Assembly: GCF_000025945.1 (NCBI RefSeq)
Contig: NC_006138.1
Coordinates: 960,001-992,000, forward strand
DNA from: Desulfotalea psychrophila LSv54
Lineage (GTDB): Bacteria > Desulfobacterota > Desulfobulbia > Desulfobulbales > Desulfocapsaceae
Reading direction: 5' to 3'
DNA length: 32,000 nucleotides
Shown here in pieces: positions 8,689-17,900 of this stretch. The notes below the pieces were generated by a model. That model worked only from the letters and a program-made list of their open reading frames with translations. It made no database searches and was not told the origin of the DNA. Numbering within the stretch: the stretch's first letter is position 1; the number at the start of each line of letters is the position of its first letter. The position numbers and the translations under genes were made by a program.

Positions 8689-8942
8689 AAGATAATGGAG
8701 GTCGTAAAATCAAGTAAGCGTAGGTAGTTGCCCTTTTTTTGAGCATTGGGTAGAATCAGGTCATGCCCTTCAGTCATGGGCAGGAAGCTGGACTAAGGAT
8801 CTAAAAAAAGAGAATTTATCTTTTAGGGCGTGACATTCTATCCTGAATCTGGGCAGGATAGTAGGTGCAGAGGCCTTGCCGGTCATGGTCGATGAAGAGC
8901 TGATTTTTTTACAGATTTCAGGGGAGATGAGGATTTAACAAG

Positions 8943-9743
8943 ATGAAAAAGATATATATAAGTGCCGATATAGAGGGTATTTGCGGGGTGACTGATTGGG
9001 GCGAAACAGAACTTGGCTCAGCCACCCATGAGGAGTTTCGCAGGCAGATGACCTGTGAAGTGGCCGCCGCCTGTGAGGGTGCCATAGAGGCCGGGGTAGA
9101 GGAGATACTGGTGCAGGATGCCCACGACAGTGCCCGTAATATCCTGGCCGCAGATCTGCCGCCGAAGGTGCAGCTGATCCGGGGTTGGGCGGGGCATCCC
9201 TACTGCATGTTACAGAGTCTTGACTCTTCCTATGATGCCGTCCTCTTTATTGGTTATCACTGCGCAGGGGGTCGGGTTGGTAATCCTCTGGCCCATACCA
9301 TGACCAATGATAAGGCTTATTGGCTCAAGTTAAATGGAGAGTTTGTTTCTGAATTTTATCTTAATAGCCTCATTGCCTGCCGGGAGAATGTGCCGGTGCT
9401 CTTTCTCTCAGGCGATGCCGAGGTCTGTGCCGAGGCCAACCAACTCTCCTCCTCCATCGCGACCCTGGCCAGCAAAGAGGGTATGGGGGCCTCCACCATC
9501 AACCGTCATCCCTCTGAGATCTGTGCAGAGACCAGAAGGTTGGTTGCCGAGGTCCTGAAGAGGGGGGCGCCAGGGAGCCTGACCATGCCCCAGACCTTTA
9601 CGCTGGAGATTTGCTATAGCGGCCATGCCCTTGCCTATAGGAACTCCTTCTATCCCGGGGCGACTCTGGTGGATGGTAATCGGCTCCTCTTTGCCACCCA
9701 GGACTATTTTGAGGTGCTGCGTTTTATCCATTTTGTTCTGTAG
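8943..9743 (+). CDS. M55 family metallopeptidase (D-aminopeptidase DppA-like)
   Basis: 266 aa: MKKIYISADIEGICGV...VQDAHDS...FIGYH...FLSGD. It aligns by eye with the B. subtilis DppA metal-ligand motifs (DMEG, DSH, GYH). Confidence 0.82.
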   Translation: MKKIYISADIEGICGVTDWGETELGSATHEEFRRQMTCEVAAACEGAIEAGVEEILVQDAHDSARNILAADLPPKVQLIRGWAGHPYCMLQSLDSSYDAVLFIGYHCAGGRVGNPLAHTMTNDKAYWLKLNGEFVSEFYLNSLIACRENVPVLFLSGDAEVCAEANQLSSSIATLASKEGMGASTINRHPSEICAETRRLVAEVLKRGAPGSLTMPQTFTLEICYSGHALAYRNSFYPGATLVDGNRLLFATQDYFEVLRFIHFVL

Positions 9744-9794
9744 TCGTTTATTTTTATAAGTTGCCACCCATGTTTGAATATAAAAGGAGTTAGT

Positions 9795-10676
9795 ATGCGA
9801 CAGATCGTTTCTCTACTATTGTTAGTCTCTGGTATCATGGAAGTGTTTACCAGTGTGGTTCTCTATATTGTTCCGGCCGGGCGGGTTGCCTATTGGTCTG
9901 GTTATCGTTTTTTATGGCTCAGCAAGGAGCAGTGGGGGGATATGCATATTACCCTCGGTGTCCTCTTTCTATTGGCCGCGGTTCTTCATTGCTTTGTTAA
10001 TATCCGATCGATTGTCAACTACTTCCGTAATAAGGCCAGAAAGTTCAGCTTCTTCAACACTAAGTTCCTGATCGCCCTGATTCTCTCCCTCTATGTTGCC
10101 ATCGGCACCCTCTATCGTCTTACTCCCATGAATTACGTTTTGACCTGGGGGGAAGAGTTTAGTCAGACGGCTAACCAGAAGTACGGTGAACCACCCTATG
10201 GACATGCCGAAATGTCGTCGCTTACCATGTTCTGCAAGAGGATGAATCTGGACCTTGACAGGGCCAGTGAACTGCTGACAGCGAACGGCATTCAGTTTGC
10301 CGGTCCAGCCACTCCCATCAGTGAAATTGCCGTGGAAAATGGTAGAATCCCTCAGGACATATATCAGATTATTCGCTCAGCTAAGGCCCAACCGAAGGTT
10401 CGCCAGAATGGTCAGGGCCAGATCTCAGCTAAGGTGACCCCCATCTTCCCGGACCTGCCCCCCGCAGGTTTTGGCAATATGACCATTGGCTCCATCTGTC
10501 AGCAGTATGAGGTCCTCCCGAGCCACCTCTTGGCCGAGCTACAGAATCGAGGTCTCCTTATCGATGAGATGGATACAGTAAAAGAGGTTGGGGTAAAGAA
10601 CAACACCAGCCCCATGACCGTCTTTGAACTGATCCACGAGGTGTTGGTCCCACCGGCCCCCGCTACTAAGATTTAG
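9795..10676 (+). CDS. DUF4405-like integral membrane protein
   Basis: The ATG at 9795 is preceded by AAGGAG at 6-nt spacing; the track start at 9774 is unlikely. The N-terminus has 3-4 hydrophobic helices (LLLLVSGIMEVFTSVVLYIVPAGRVAYWSGYRFLWLSKEQWGDMHITLGVLFLLAAVLH) resembling the DUF4405 family, followed by a soluble C-terminal half of unknown function. Confidence 0.6.
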   Translation: MRQIVSLLLLVSGIMEVFTSVVLYIVPAGRVAYWSGYRFLWLSKEQWGDMHITLGVLFLLAAVLHCFVNIRSIVNYFRNKARKFSFFNTKFLIALILSLYVAIGTLYRLTPMNYVLTWGEEFSQTANQKYGEPPYGHAEMSSLTMFCKRMNLDLDRASELLTANGIQFAGPATPISEIAVENGRIPQDIYQIIRSAKAQPKVRQNGQGQISAKVTPIFPDLPPAGFGNMTIGSICQQYEVLPSHLLAELQNRGLLIDEMDTVKEVGVKNNTSPMTVFELIHEVLVPPAPATKI

Positions 10677-11207
10677 TCTGTGTAGTAAAGGATATTAACC
10701 ACAGAGGGCACAGAGACATTTTAGGTGAACTGCTTAAAAACAAAACCTTAATTCAGCTAAAAAGCTCTGTGCCCTTTAATCAATGGTCAGCCGTAGAGAC
10801 GTCGATTTATCGCGTCTCCGATACACCCCAGCGTCAACCTGTTACATCTGCTGTAAAGTAAAAGATATTAACCACTGGCAACCGAGATAGAAGAAAGATG
10901 CTAGATACGAGATACGAGAAAAAATTTAACAACGAGAAAAGCTTAAAAATAAGGCTGTTACCGCAGTTCTTTCTGGTATCCGCCGCTTCGCTGCTAGCAT
11001 CTCATATCTAGTCTCTGCCTTTCTGCCCTTTCTTTTACCCTTTAAATTTTAAAAATGAGTGTTCTCCAGGCAGTGGTTAGTTGCCCTTGCAGTTGTTCTT
11101 TCTTACAGCTGTCAGCTCCCAACTCACAGCTTGCTGCTATTTCTGTTGCAAGCTAATAAGGAACTCCGTTTGAACCATTTTCGTCCAAGAGGTAGAGAAT
11201 TTCCACC
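10677..11207. repeat. Mosaic intergenic repeat spacer 2
   Basis: TTAACCACAGAGGGCACAGAG...TTTTAGGTGAACTGCTTAAAA...CTTAATTCAG (10695-10774) recurs at 25113 and 25314. TTAACCACTGGCAACCGAG plus the GATGCTAGATACGAGATACGAG module (10868-10965) recurs at 14108-14211. GAGTGTTCTCCAGGCAGTGGTTAGTTGCCCTTGCAGTTG...CAGCTGTCAGCTCCCAACT recurs in spacers 1 and 3. Confidence 0.85.
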
Positions 11208-12371
11208 TTATAGGCATATTCGATTTCGTCCCGACTCCTTGGCCTCCTGTAGTTTTTTCCCAGCCCTTTTTAAGGTAGTCTCGAAGAGCTCTTCTTCCGC
11301 TCTATATATGGCGATACCAGCGCTAATGGTAATGTGAAATTTTTCATTGCGTTCATCAAAAACTAAACAGTCTGTTTCTGTTCTTATTATTTCAGTAATT
11401 TGTATTATCTCTTTTTCATTGTTGAAAAAACCAATAAGAAGAAACTCTTCACCACCAAAACGAATACTAAAATCATTTGGCCGGGTATTTTCTATAATAA
11501 TATTGGCTAATCTCTTTAAGACACGATCGCCACAGCTACGCCCATAGTTAGCGTTAATTTTTTTAAAGTGGTCAATATCCAAGTCTATTACTGCCAAAAG
11601 CTTTTCGTTATCCTGGTGCAGTTTTGTTAAGATAGTTGGTAAAATCTCTTTGAGGAATCGTTTTGTATAAAGGTTTGTAAGAGTATCCTTTATTGCAAGT
11701 TCACCAATTTGTCGTAGAAAATAATTTATAACAAAGATTGCAATGACAACAAAAACAATAAAACAGGCACTAAATATTACCGAGGTTTTAAAAACGATCC
11801 AAAAAATATTTTCCTGCATATCATCAAGATAGAGGCCTGTCCCCAGAACCCAGTCCCATGGGGTGAAATAGGTCACATAAGAAATTTTAGGACTCTCCTC
11901 GGGTATATTGGGCTTAGGCCAGTAGTATGAGACCCAACCGCCACCATTTTTAGCTGTGCTAATAAACTCTTTAAAAAAATATTTTCCCTTGAAGTCGGTC
12001 CAGTTGATGAGGTTAAGACCAACTCTATTCGGTGTATATGGTTGCATCAAAAGCACTCCTTCTCCACTGTTTACCCAGAGATAACCATTTGCTCCATATG
12101 TGGCTCCATTTAAGGTATTTAATGCTCTTGCCTTTGCCTGCGAAGAGGTCAGATTTCCATCTGCACTCAGTTGATAAAAATGTTGAACAACTCCCAGACC
12201 AACCTCAGTAATATGTTTAGATTGGTCTTTTTTTTCTTTTTCTAAATTTGTTGAAAGAGAGTAATGAAAAAACAAAAGAAAGGCAGTTAGTCCAAGACCA
12301 ATAAGAATAATAAATGCCAGAAGTTTCTTCTGAATCGGAGACCTGATTGTTAGGGATGCTGAGTTATTCAT
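11208..12371 (-). CDS. Sensor diguanylate cyclase (TM-sCache_2-TM-GGDEF)
   Basis: 387 aa. An N-terminal TM segment is followed by a periplasmic Cache-like segment (YLWVNSGEGVLLMQPY...GGGWVSYYWPKP...PKISYVTYFTPWDWVLGTGLYLDD) and a second TM. The GGDEF domain has DTLTNLYTKR, DIDHFKKINANYG and an intact RFGGEEF active site. The gene is visibly AT-rich (17/60 GC in line 11401-11460). Confidence 0.9.
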   Translation of the reverse strand: MNNSASLTIRSPIQKKLLAFIILIGLGLTAFLLFFHYSLSTNLEKEKKDQSKHITEVGLGVVQHFYQLSADGNLTSSQAKARALNTLNGATYGANGYLWVNSGEGVLLMQPYTPNRVGLNLINWTDFKGKYFFKEFISTAKNGGGWVSYYWPKPNIPEESPKISYVTYFTPWDWVLGTGLYLDDMQENIFWIVFKTSVIFSACFIVFVVIAIFVINYFLRQIGELAIKDTLTNLYTKRFLKEILPTILTKLHQDNEKLLAVIDLDIDHFKKINANYGRSCGDRVLKRLANIIIENTRPNDFSIRFGGEEFLLIGFFNNEKEIIQITEIIRTETDCLVFDERNEKFHITISAGIAIYRAEEELFETTLKRAGKKLQEAKESGRNRICL

Positions 12372-12878
12372 GGCTATACTCTCGCTTAATCTTGAGGTGT
12401 GGAGACGATAGTAGCTCTTTTCTAGGTGTCCTTTATTGTAGGAGAAAAAACAGATGTTGGGAATATTTTTATAATTTTTTTTTAAGCTGTTAAGGAAAAC
12501 AGGCCTAGATTAGGATATATATGTTACTTATTAAGGGGATGGCAGGAATCTGCTGGTGATGCTAAAACGTGGAGAGGATCAGTCGTATAACATCCAGTCA
12601 TTCAGATTTGTCTGGCAAAGACAGTTTGCTTTCATCACAATGGGAATTTTTCTAAACAACAGATTGGCATCACGGCCTGGAAAATGGAGTGGTGCTGGCG
12701 CAACAAAAGACTTAGGATAAATAAGGCGAGATTGCCCCCTGTTCCCACAGTTGCAGTTGTGCCAGTTGATCTTATTTTGGGACATTATATTCGCCCCCTG
12801 AGTATCTGCTAAGCCATAAGCGTCAACGAGGCAATAAAGGTATGGGCAAAGGGCAAACGGGAAAAGAGGTCGTCTACC

Positions 12879-13172
12879 TGTATAAAGCCTGAAAACCCGA
12901 GGAGACGAGCAATATACAGATGTATAAAGCCTTAAACACCGAAGAAAGAGACAATATACAAATGTATAAAGCCTGAAACACCGAAGAAACAGACAATATA
13001 TAAATGTATAAAGCCTGAAACACCGAAGAAACAGACAATATACAAATGTATAAAGCCTGAAAACCTGAGTTGACGGACAATATACGGATCTACACAGGCC
13101 AAAACCTTGAGGAGATGGCCAATATACATCCATACGAAGGCTCAAAACTTGGGTAAATGGCTTATCTGCGAG
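12879..13172. repeat. 42-bp tandem repeat array (5 good + 2 degenerate units)
   Basis: Units start at 12879, 12921, 12963, 13005 and 13047 (TGTATAAAGCCTGAAACACCGAAGAAACAGACAATATACAAA and close variants). Units at 13089 and 13131 are degenerate. Unit junctions form TATACA-AA-TGTATA inverted motifs. Confidence 0.92.
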
Positions 13173-13686
13173 CGTAGACAGTCTTTTTTATAGGGCAAGA
13201 TCAACATCCCTGATTTGCACTTACTGACAGCTCGCCATTTCGCTCGCCACTCGTTCGCCGCTACGCTGCTGATGCTACTCGTTGTCACTCACTGCTACTT
13301 CACTGCTGTTTTTCCTGCTCTTTCTAGTATCTGTCCTTGTCCTTTAAATTAAAAAAAATCAGTGTTCTCCAGGCAGTGGTTAAGCGCAGTTGCCCTTGCT
13401 TTTGTCCTTTCTGATAGCTGTTGGCTGACAGCTCCCAACTCGCCATTCCGCTCGCCACTCGTTCGCCGCTACGCTGCTGACGCCACTCGTTGTCACTCAA
13501 TGCTACTTCACTGCTATAGCTTCTTCCTATCGCTTTCCCGTCCCTGTCCTTGCCTGTGCCCTTTAACGTTAAAGTGTCCTTCTCTGTGTTCTCCCACCCT
13601 CTGTGGTGAACTGTTTTTTGTAGTTTTTGTAGTTTCTGGCCTATAATAGATTCTGCTTCTTGATCTACCCCATACATCAATAAAAA
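13173..13686. repeat. Mosaic intergenic repeat spacer 3 (contains an ~85-bp direct repeat pair)
   Basis: GACAGCTCGCCATTTCGCTCGCCACTCGTTCGCCGCTACGCTGCTGATGCTACTCGTTGTCACTCACTGCTACTTCACTGCT (13226-13307) is repeated at 13427-13515 with a few substitutions and a CCCAACT insert. Also present are TCAGTGTTCTCCAGGCAGTGGTTAA, CTGATAGCTG..GCTGACAGCTCCCAACT and TCTCTGTGTTCTCCCACCCTCTGTGGTGAACTGTTTTTT (13581-13619; compare 5811-5850). Confidence 0.88.
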
Positions 13687-13701
13687 TTGGAGGAGAGCAC
13701 C

Positions 13702-14094
13702 ATGCTAACCAGAGAGGATGTCCGCAGCCTGTTTGAACATTTGAAGTCTGACCCGGATCAGTTCTTTGCCCATGTCGCAACTGATGTGCAGTGGACGGTG
13801 ATGGGAACCCACCCCCTGGCCGGAATCTATCAGAGCAAGGAGGACTTTCTCGACCACACCTTTAAACGCTTGGCCAAAATCCTCAAAGAGGGCGCTCTAT
13901 TGGAGATAGTGGATCTCTTTATCGACGGTTCCACGGCCATCGTCGAGATGCGCTCTATCTCCACCGCCAATAACGGCAAACCCTTTGATAACAGATATTG
14001 CTGGATCGTTACCTTCAGCGGCGATCTCATCACAGCCGTCAAGGCCTACCTCGATTCGGCCCTTGTCCAGCAACTCGTCAGCGAAAATGAATAG
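13702..14094 (+). CDS. NTF2-fold / SnoaL-like (ketosteroid-isomerase-like) small protein
   Basis: The ATG at 13702 has GGAGGAG 6 nt upstream; the track start at 13687 is a TTG. The 130-aa product (MLTREDVRSLFEHLKSDPDQFFAHVATDVQWTVMGTHPLAGIYQSKEDFLDHTF...NRYCWIVTFSGDLITAVKAYLDSALV) follows the pattern typical of SnoaL-like NTF2 family proteins. Confidence 0.72.
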   Translation: MLTREDVRSLFEHLKSDPDQFFAHVATDVQWTVMGTHPLAGIYQSKEDFLDHTFKRLAKILKEGALLEIVDLFIDGSTAIVEMRSISTANNGKPFDNRYCWIVTFSGDLITAVKAYLDSALVQQLVSENE

Positions 14095-14770
14095 GGGCAT
14101 TTAAAAATCAACCACTGGAACCGAGGAAGAAAAAAGATGCTAGATGCTAGATACGAGATATGAGAAAAAACTTAACAGCGAAAAAAGATTAAAAATAAGG
14201 CTGTTACCGCATTTCTTTCTAGTGTCTAGCACTTCGTATCCGCCCTTGCCCTTGCTCTTCCTGGCACCTCCTAACTAATAGCTTCTCCCCACTTGTTCTC
14301 ACCCTCCTCGGAAAGAGACTTTCTGCCCAAAAAATTTTCCCGGAAGCAATGTCCTGTCAATTCTTAGGTAAGACCTTGAAAAGGTGTACAGAGCTACTCC
14401 TCCTCTTGGCAAGGGGAGGCTGGGTGGGGTTTGTCTTTTTTGCTGCATTTTAGCCAAAAAAATTCTCAGTGTTCTTCAAACAGTGGCCAATCGCTTTGCT
14501 TTTTCTAGTATCCGCCATTCCGCTGTGCTCCACTGCTAGCATCTAGCATCTAGCATCTAGTATCTCGCATCTGCTTTTACATCTTCTCTTTTCCTGAATA
14601 AGTATTGTAGTATCTTCTGGGGCTGTGGTAAAATGCCTTGGATATTCGTACGCTTACCAGATTGTGGTATCTGCCTCTTGCTGTGAGCTGGCTGGAAGTA
14701 GGATGTAGGATGGGCAGCAGCGAAGCGAAGCGGCGAAGGGAAGCGAAGCGGAGCGTGCCCATCAATGTTG
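14095..14770. repeat. Mosaic intergenic repeat spacer 4 (inverted heptamer arrays)
   Basis: The array (GATGCTA)x2 GATACGA GATATGA at 14136-14163 is mirrored by its reverse complement (TAGCATC)x3 TAGTATC TCGCATC at 14537-14571. Between them lie the central module AAAAAACTTAACAGCGAAAAAAGATTAAAAATAAGGCTGTTACCGCA, CCGCCATTCCGCTG..CACTGCT, CAGTGTTCTTCAAACAGTGGCCAA and the hairpin CTCCTCCTCTTGGCAAGGGGAGG (14397-14419). GCGAAGC-type repeats occupy 14715-14757. Confidence 0.88.
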
Positions 14771-14955
14771 ATGGGTGAGGAATTGGCTCATGTGAAGATT
14801 TTCAGTTTTTGGATGATGCTGGAGTAATACAATAAGTGAGGCTTTTCGGAGTTATCCAGGCCTTTATAATAACTTGTTGTGTGTGATTACAAATATCATC
14901 ATATATAGATTTGCATTATTGATAATCAGATGATCCATTTTAAGGAAATGCCAAA

Positions 14956-17900
14956 ATGATAAAAAATAATAGTTTAACAATTTTGCACCTATCAGATCTA
15001 CAGTTCGGAAAGAATCATAGATTTTTCCAATCAAATATTTCAGAAGAAAACTTCAATTTCAGTACACTTCAAGCAAGATTACAAACTGATCTTAAAATAG
15101 TAAAAAGTAAATATGATCTTGAACCAGACCTTATAGTTATCACTGGTGACCTAGTTGAATACGGTCAACAGTCTGAATTTGATCAAGCCAAAGTTTTCTT
15201 CAATGAGTTAGCTTCATTTTTGAATGTTCATATATCAAATGTATTAATTGTTCCAGGCAACCACGATATTAATAGAAAGGCATGTGAAGCATATTTTGCA
15301 GAATGTGAGGCTGACGAAAAAAAGCCTACTTTGCCTTATAAACCCAAATGGAGACATTTTAAAAATTTTTATAATAGCTTTTACTCAGATATTTCCAGAA
15401 AGTTTGATTTAGAAACTCCATTTGGGTGCACTGAATATCCTGAGTTGAAAGTAGCAGTTGCAAACCTTAATTCAACGGTTCAAGAAAGCCATCAAGAGAA
15501 AGATCATTATGGTTTGATTGGAGAGAATCAAGCTCAAAAAATTGCAGAGCAACTAGCGAAAAGAAAAGATGAAGGTTGGTTTAATATTGCAGCTGTTCAC
15601 CATAATGTTGTTCGCGGTGCAATAGAAGATGATGACAATTTACGAGATTCAGAAATGTTACAGAGGGTTATTGGTGATCACATAGATCTAATATTACACG
15701 GGCATACACACCGTGGAAAAATGCATTGGTGGTCCCCGCAGCTTCCAGTAATTGGAACGGGTAGTGCTTCTGTTGAAAAAAGTGCAAGACCAGATGAAGT
15801 GCCAAATCAATATCAATTACTAAAATTTACAGGGCTTGGTTTTACACGATATTGTCGTGCTTTTGCTCCGGATGAAGCGAAATGGATTCCTGATTCTAGA
15901 GTCAACGATGATGGTGTTGAAGAACATGAAATAAATTTTAGAAATGTGCACGCTGCATTTCCAGAATCACTAGAACAAAAAACAAATACACAAAATTCAA
16001 ATAATATAGATACGCTACCAAAAGAATTAGATGGTAGTAGCGATCAAATACCCAAAATATTTAGCCCAACATTTAAATTTCCGTTCACCCACTATTGTGA
16101 TTTACCACCTGTCGTAGATGTTTGGGTTGGAAGAGATAAACAATTAACTTCAGTTTTATCAACAAAAAGTGGTGTTGTTGCAATTACAGGCATAGGGGGA
16201 CAAGGGAAATCTGCACTCGCTGCTAAGTGCCTTGAACAATGGAAGCTGAATCACCCAAAATCATTTTGGGATTGGCGTGATTGTCGTGAAGAGGGCGATA
16301 GATTCCACACACAATTGTTAGGGCAAATTGAGAGGATTACAGATGGCGCTGTTGGAGGTGAAGAGTTGGCCGGTGCTCCAACGATCGATTTGGTTAAATA
16401 TTTGTTCGAAATAATAGGTGATCGTGATTGTTTGTTTGTTTTTGACAATGTTGACCAATATGTCAATGTAAACGAAAATTCCTTTGTTTCTGGTGTTTCG
16501 ACTTTCGTGAATGAGTCGTTAAGAGGAAAGCATAATTGCTTGATTCTTATTACTTGTAGACCACGAATAACATACCCCAACATCCGATTTTTCGAAATCT
16601 ATCTAGACGGGTTATTGTTTGAAGATACAATCGACTTGTTTAATAAACGTGGGGTTGATATCAAAAAAACTGGAATGCTTAATACTCTGAATGAGGTTTA
16701 CACTTTAACTGAAGGTCATCCTCTATGGCTTAACTTACTAGCAATACAAATATCAAGAGATGAAAAAAGTAGTGAGAATATTTTAGAAGAGTTGAGGAAC
16801 GGTGAGGCAGATAATAGGGCAAGGTCTATGTTACGACCTATTTGGAAAGGATTAAATGTTAACCAACAACAAGTTTTGCGTTGTATGGCAGAAATCCCAA
16901 GGCCAATGGACTCTGTCCAAATTCATAATTGCATAAGTGGTAAAATAAAAACATTTAACAGATTTAAGAGAGCGTTCAAGACCATAAAAGCATTAAGTCT
17001 GGTTGTTAAATGCGAGTCCGATGACGGCAACAACAAATATGATTTGCATCCTTTAGTTCGTAGTTTTATCAAAACTGAGTACGCTACAACCAAAGAGAGA
17101 TTGCCTTACATTGATCCGATAGTTTGCTATTTAAGGCAGCTAATTATGGGTTCATCGGCAAAAATTAGCACTGAGACTTCTTTTGATAAGCTGAGAATGT
17201 GGTCCGAAAAAGCTGAACTAGAAATAGAATCAGGGCTTATGGCGGATGCTGTTGAGTCATTAGGTTATGTGGCAAATAGATTGTTAGCAATGGGTTATTC
17301 TGAGGAATTGTTCCGTGTAGGTAAACGAATAATTGATGATTTTATCATTAACCCTTCTCATTATAATGAGATAAAAGAATTTGATGAGTTATTTCAAGTC
17401 ATCATTGAAGCTCTAATTGAATTTGGTCACGAAGCTGATGCGCGTCGTTTCCTAAAAAACTACGAAGATTTTGTTGAGGAAGGGACCGCACTGTTTATAG
17501 GTTTTTGTAGTCTCATGACATGGGTTGAGTGGCATCTTTATAACTATGACGAAGCTATTTATTGGGGAGAACGTGGTAGGTACTTAAAGAAACAATCTTC
17601 AATTGACACTTCCTGCGACTGTAGCCATAACCTTGCATTAGCATTACGAGACTCAGGTCGCTATGCGGAAGCAATGGAATATTTTTTAATGGGTAATTCA
17701 CTTGAATCTTTATTTTATGCTGATGCTGAATCAGAAAGAGATGGTTCTTTCTGGGGGAATATTGGACGCTGCTTGATGCTTCAAGGTGATTACATAAATG
17801 CTATTCAATGTCTTAAAAAATCTGCAGAATCACTAGGTAATGACCAAGGTGCAAACGGGATAAAAAATCAAGGATATGCTGCAAAGTGGATCGCACAATG

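Noticed and set aside
12579-13145. Track ORF of 188 aa, with overlapping ORFs 12874-13080 and 12932-13129, on the minus strand.
   Set aside because: Its N-terminal two-thirds (CLFLRCFRLYTF repeated) is just a translation of the 42-bp tandem array, which is stop-free in all three minus frames. Only the non-repeat part (ATG at 12785 to 12579, 68 aa, MSQNKINWHNCNCGNRGQ...) could be real. I recognise no motif and see no convincing RBS, so it is not called.
12879-13172. Possible CRISPR array.
   Set aside because: The units are directly contiguous 42-mers with no unique spacers between them, and no cas genes are nearby. This is a plain tandem repeat.
13324-13680. ORFs inside repeat spacers: 5632-5841, 11059-11337, 13324-13680, 13362-13646, 13514-13780, 14577-14765, 18241-18423, 18318-18539, 18575-18886, 25232-25414 and 25560-25934.
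   Set aside because: They lie wholly in mosaic repeat sequence, several start at non-ATG codons, they overlap one another in different frames, and their products are low-complexity. They are not credible genes.
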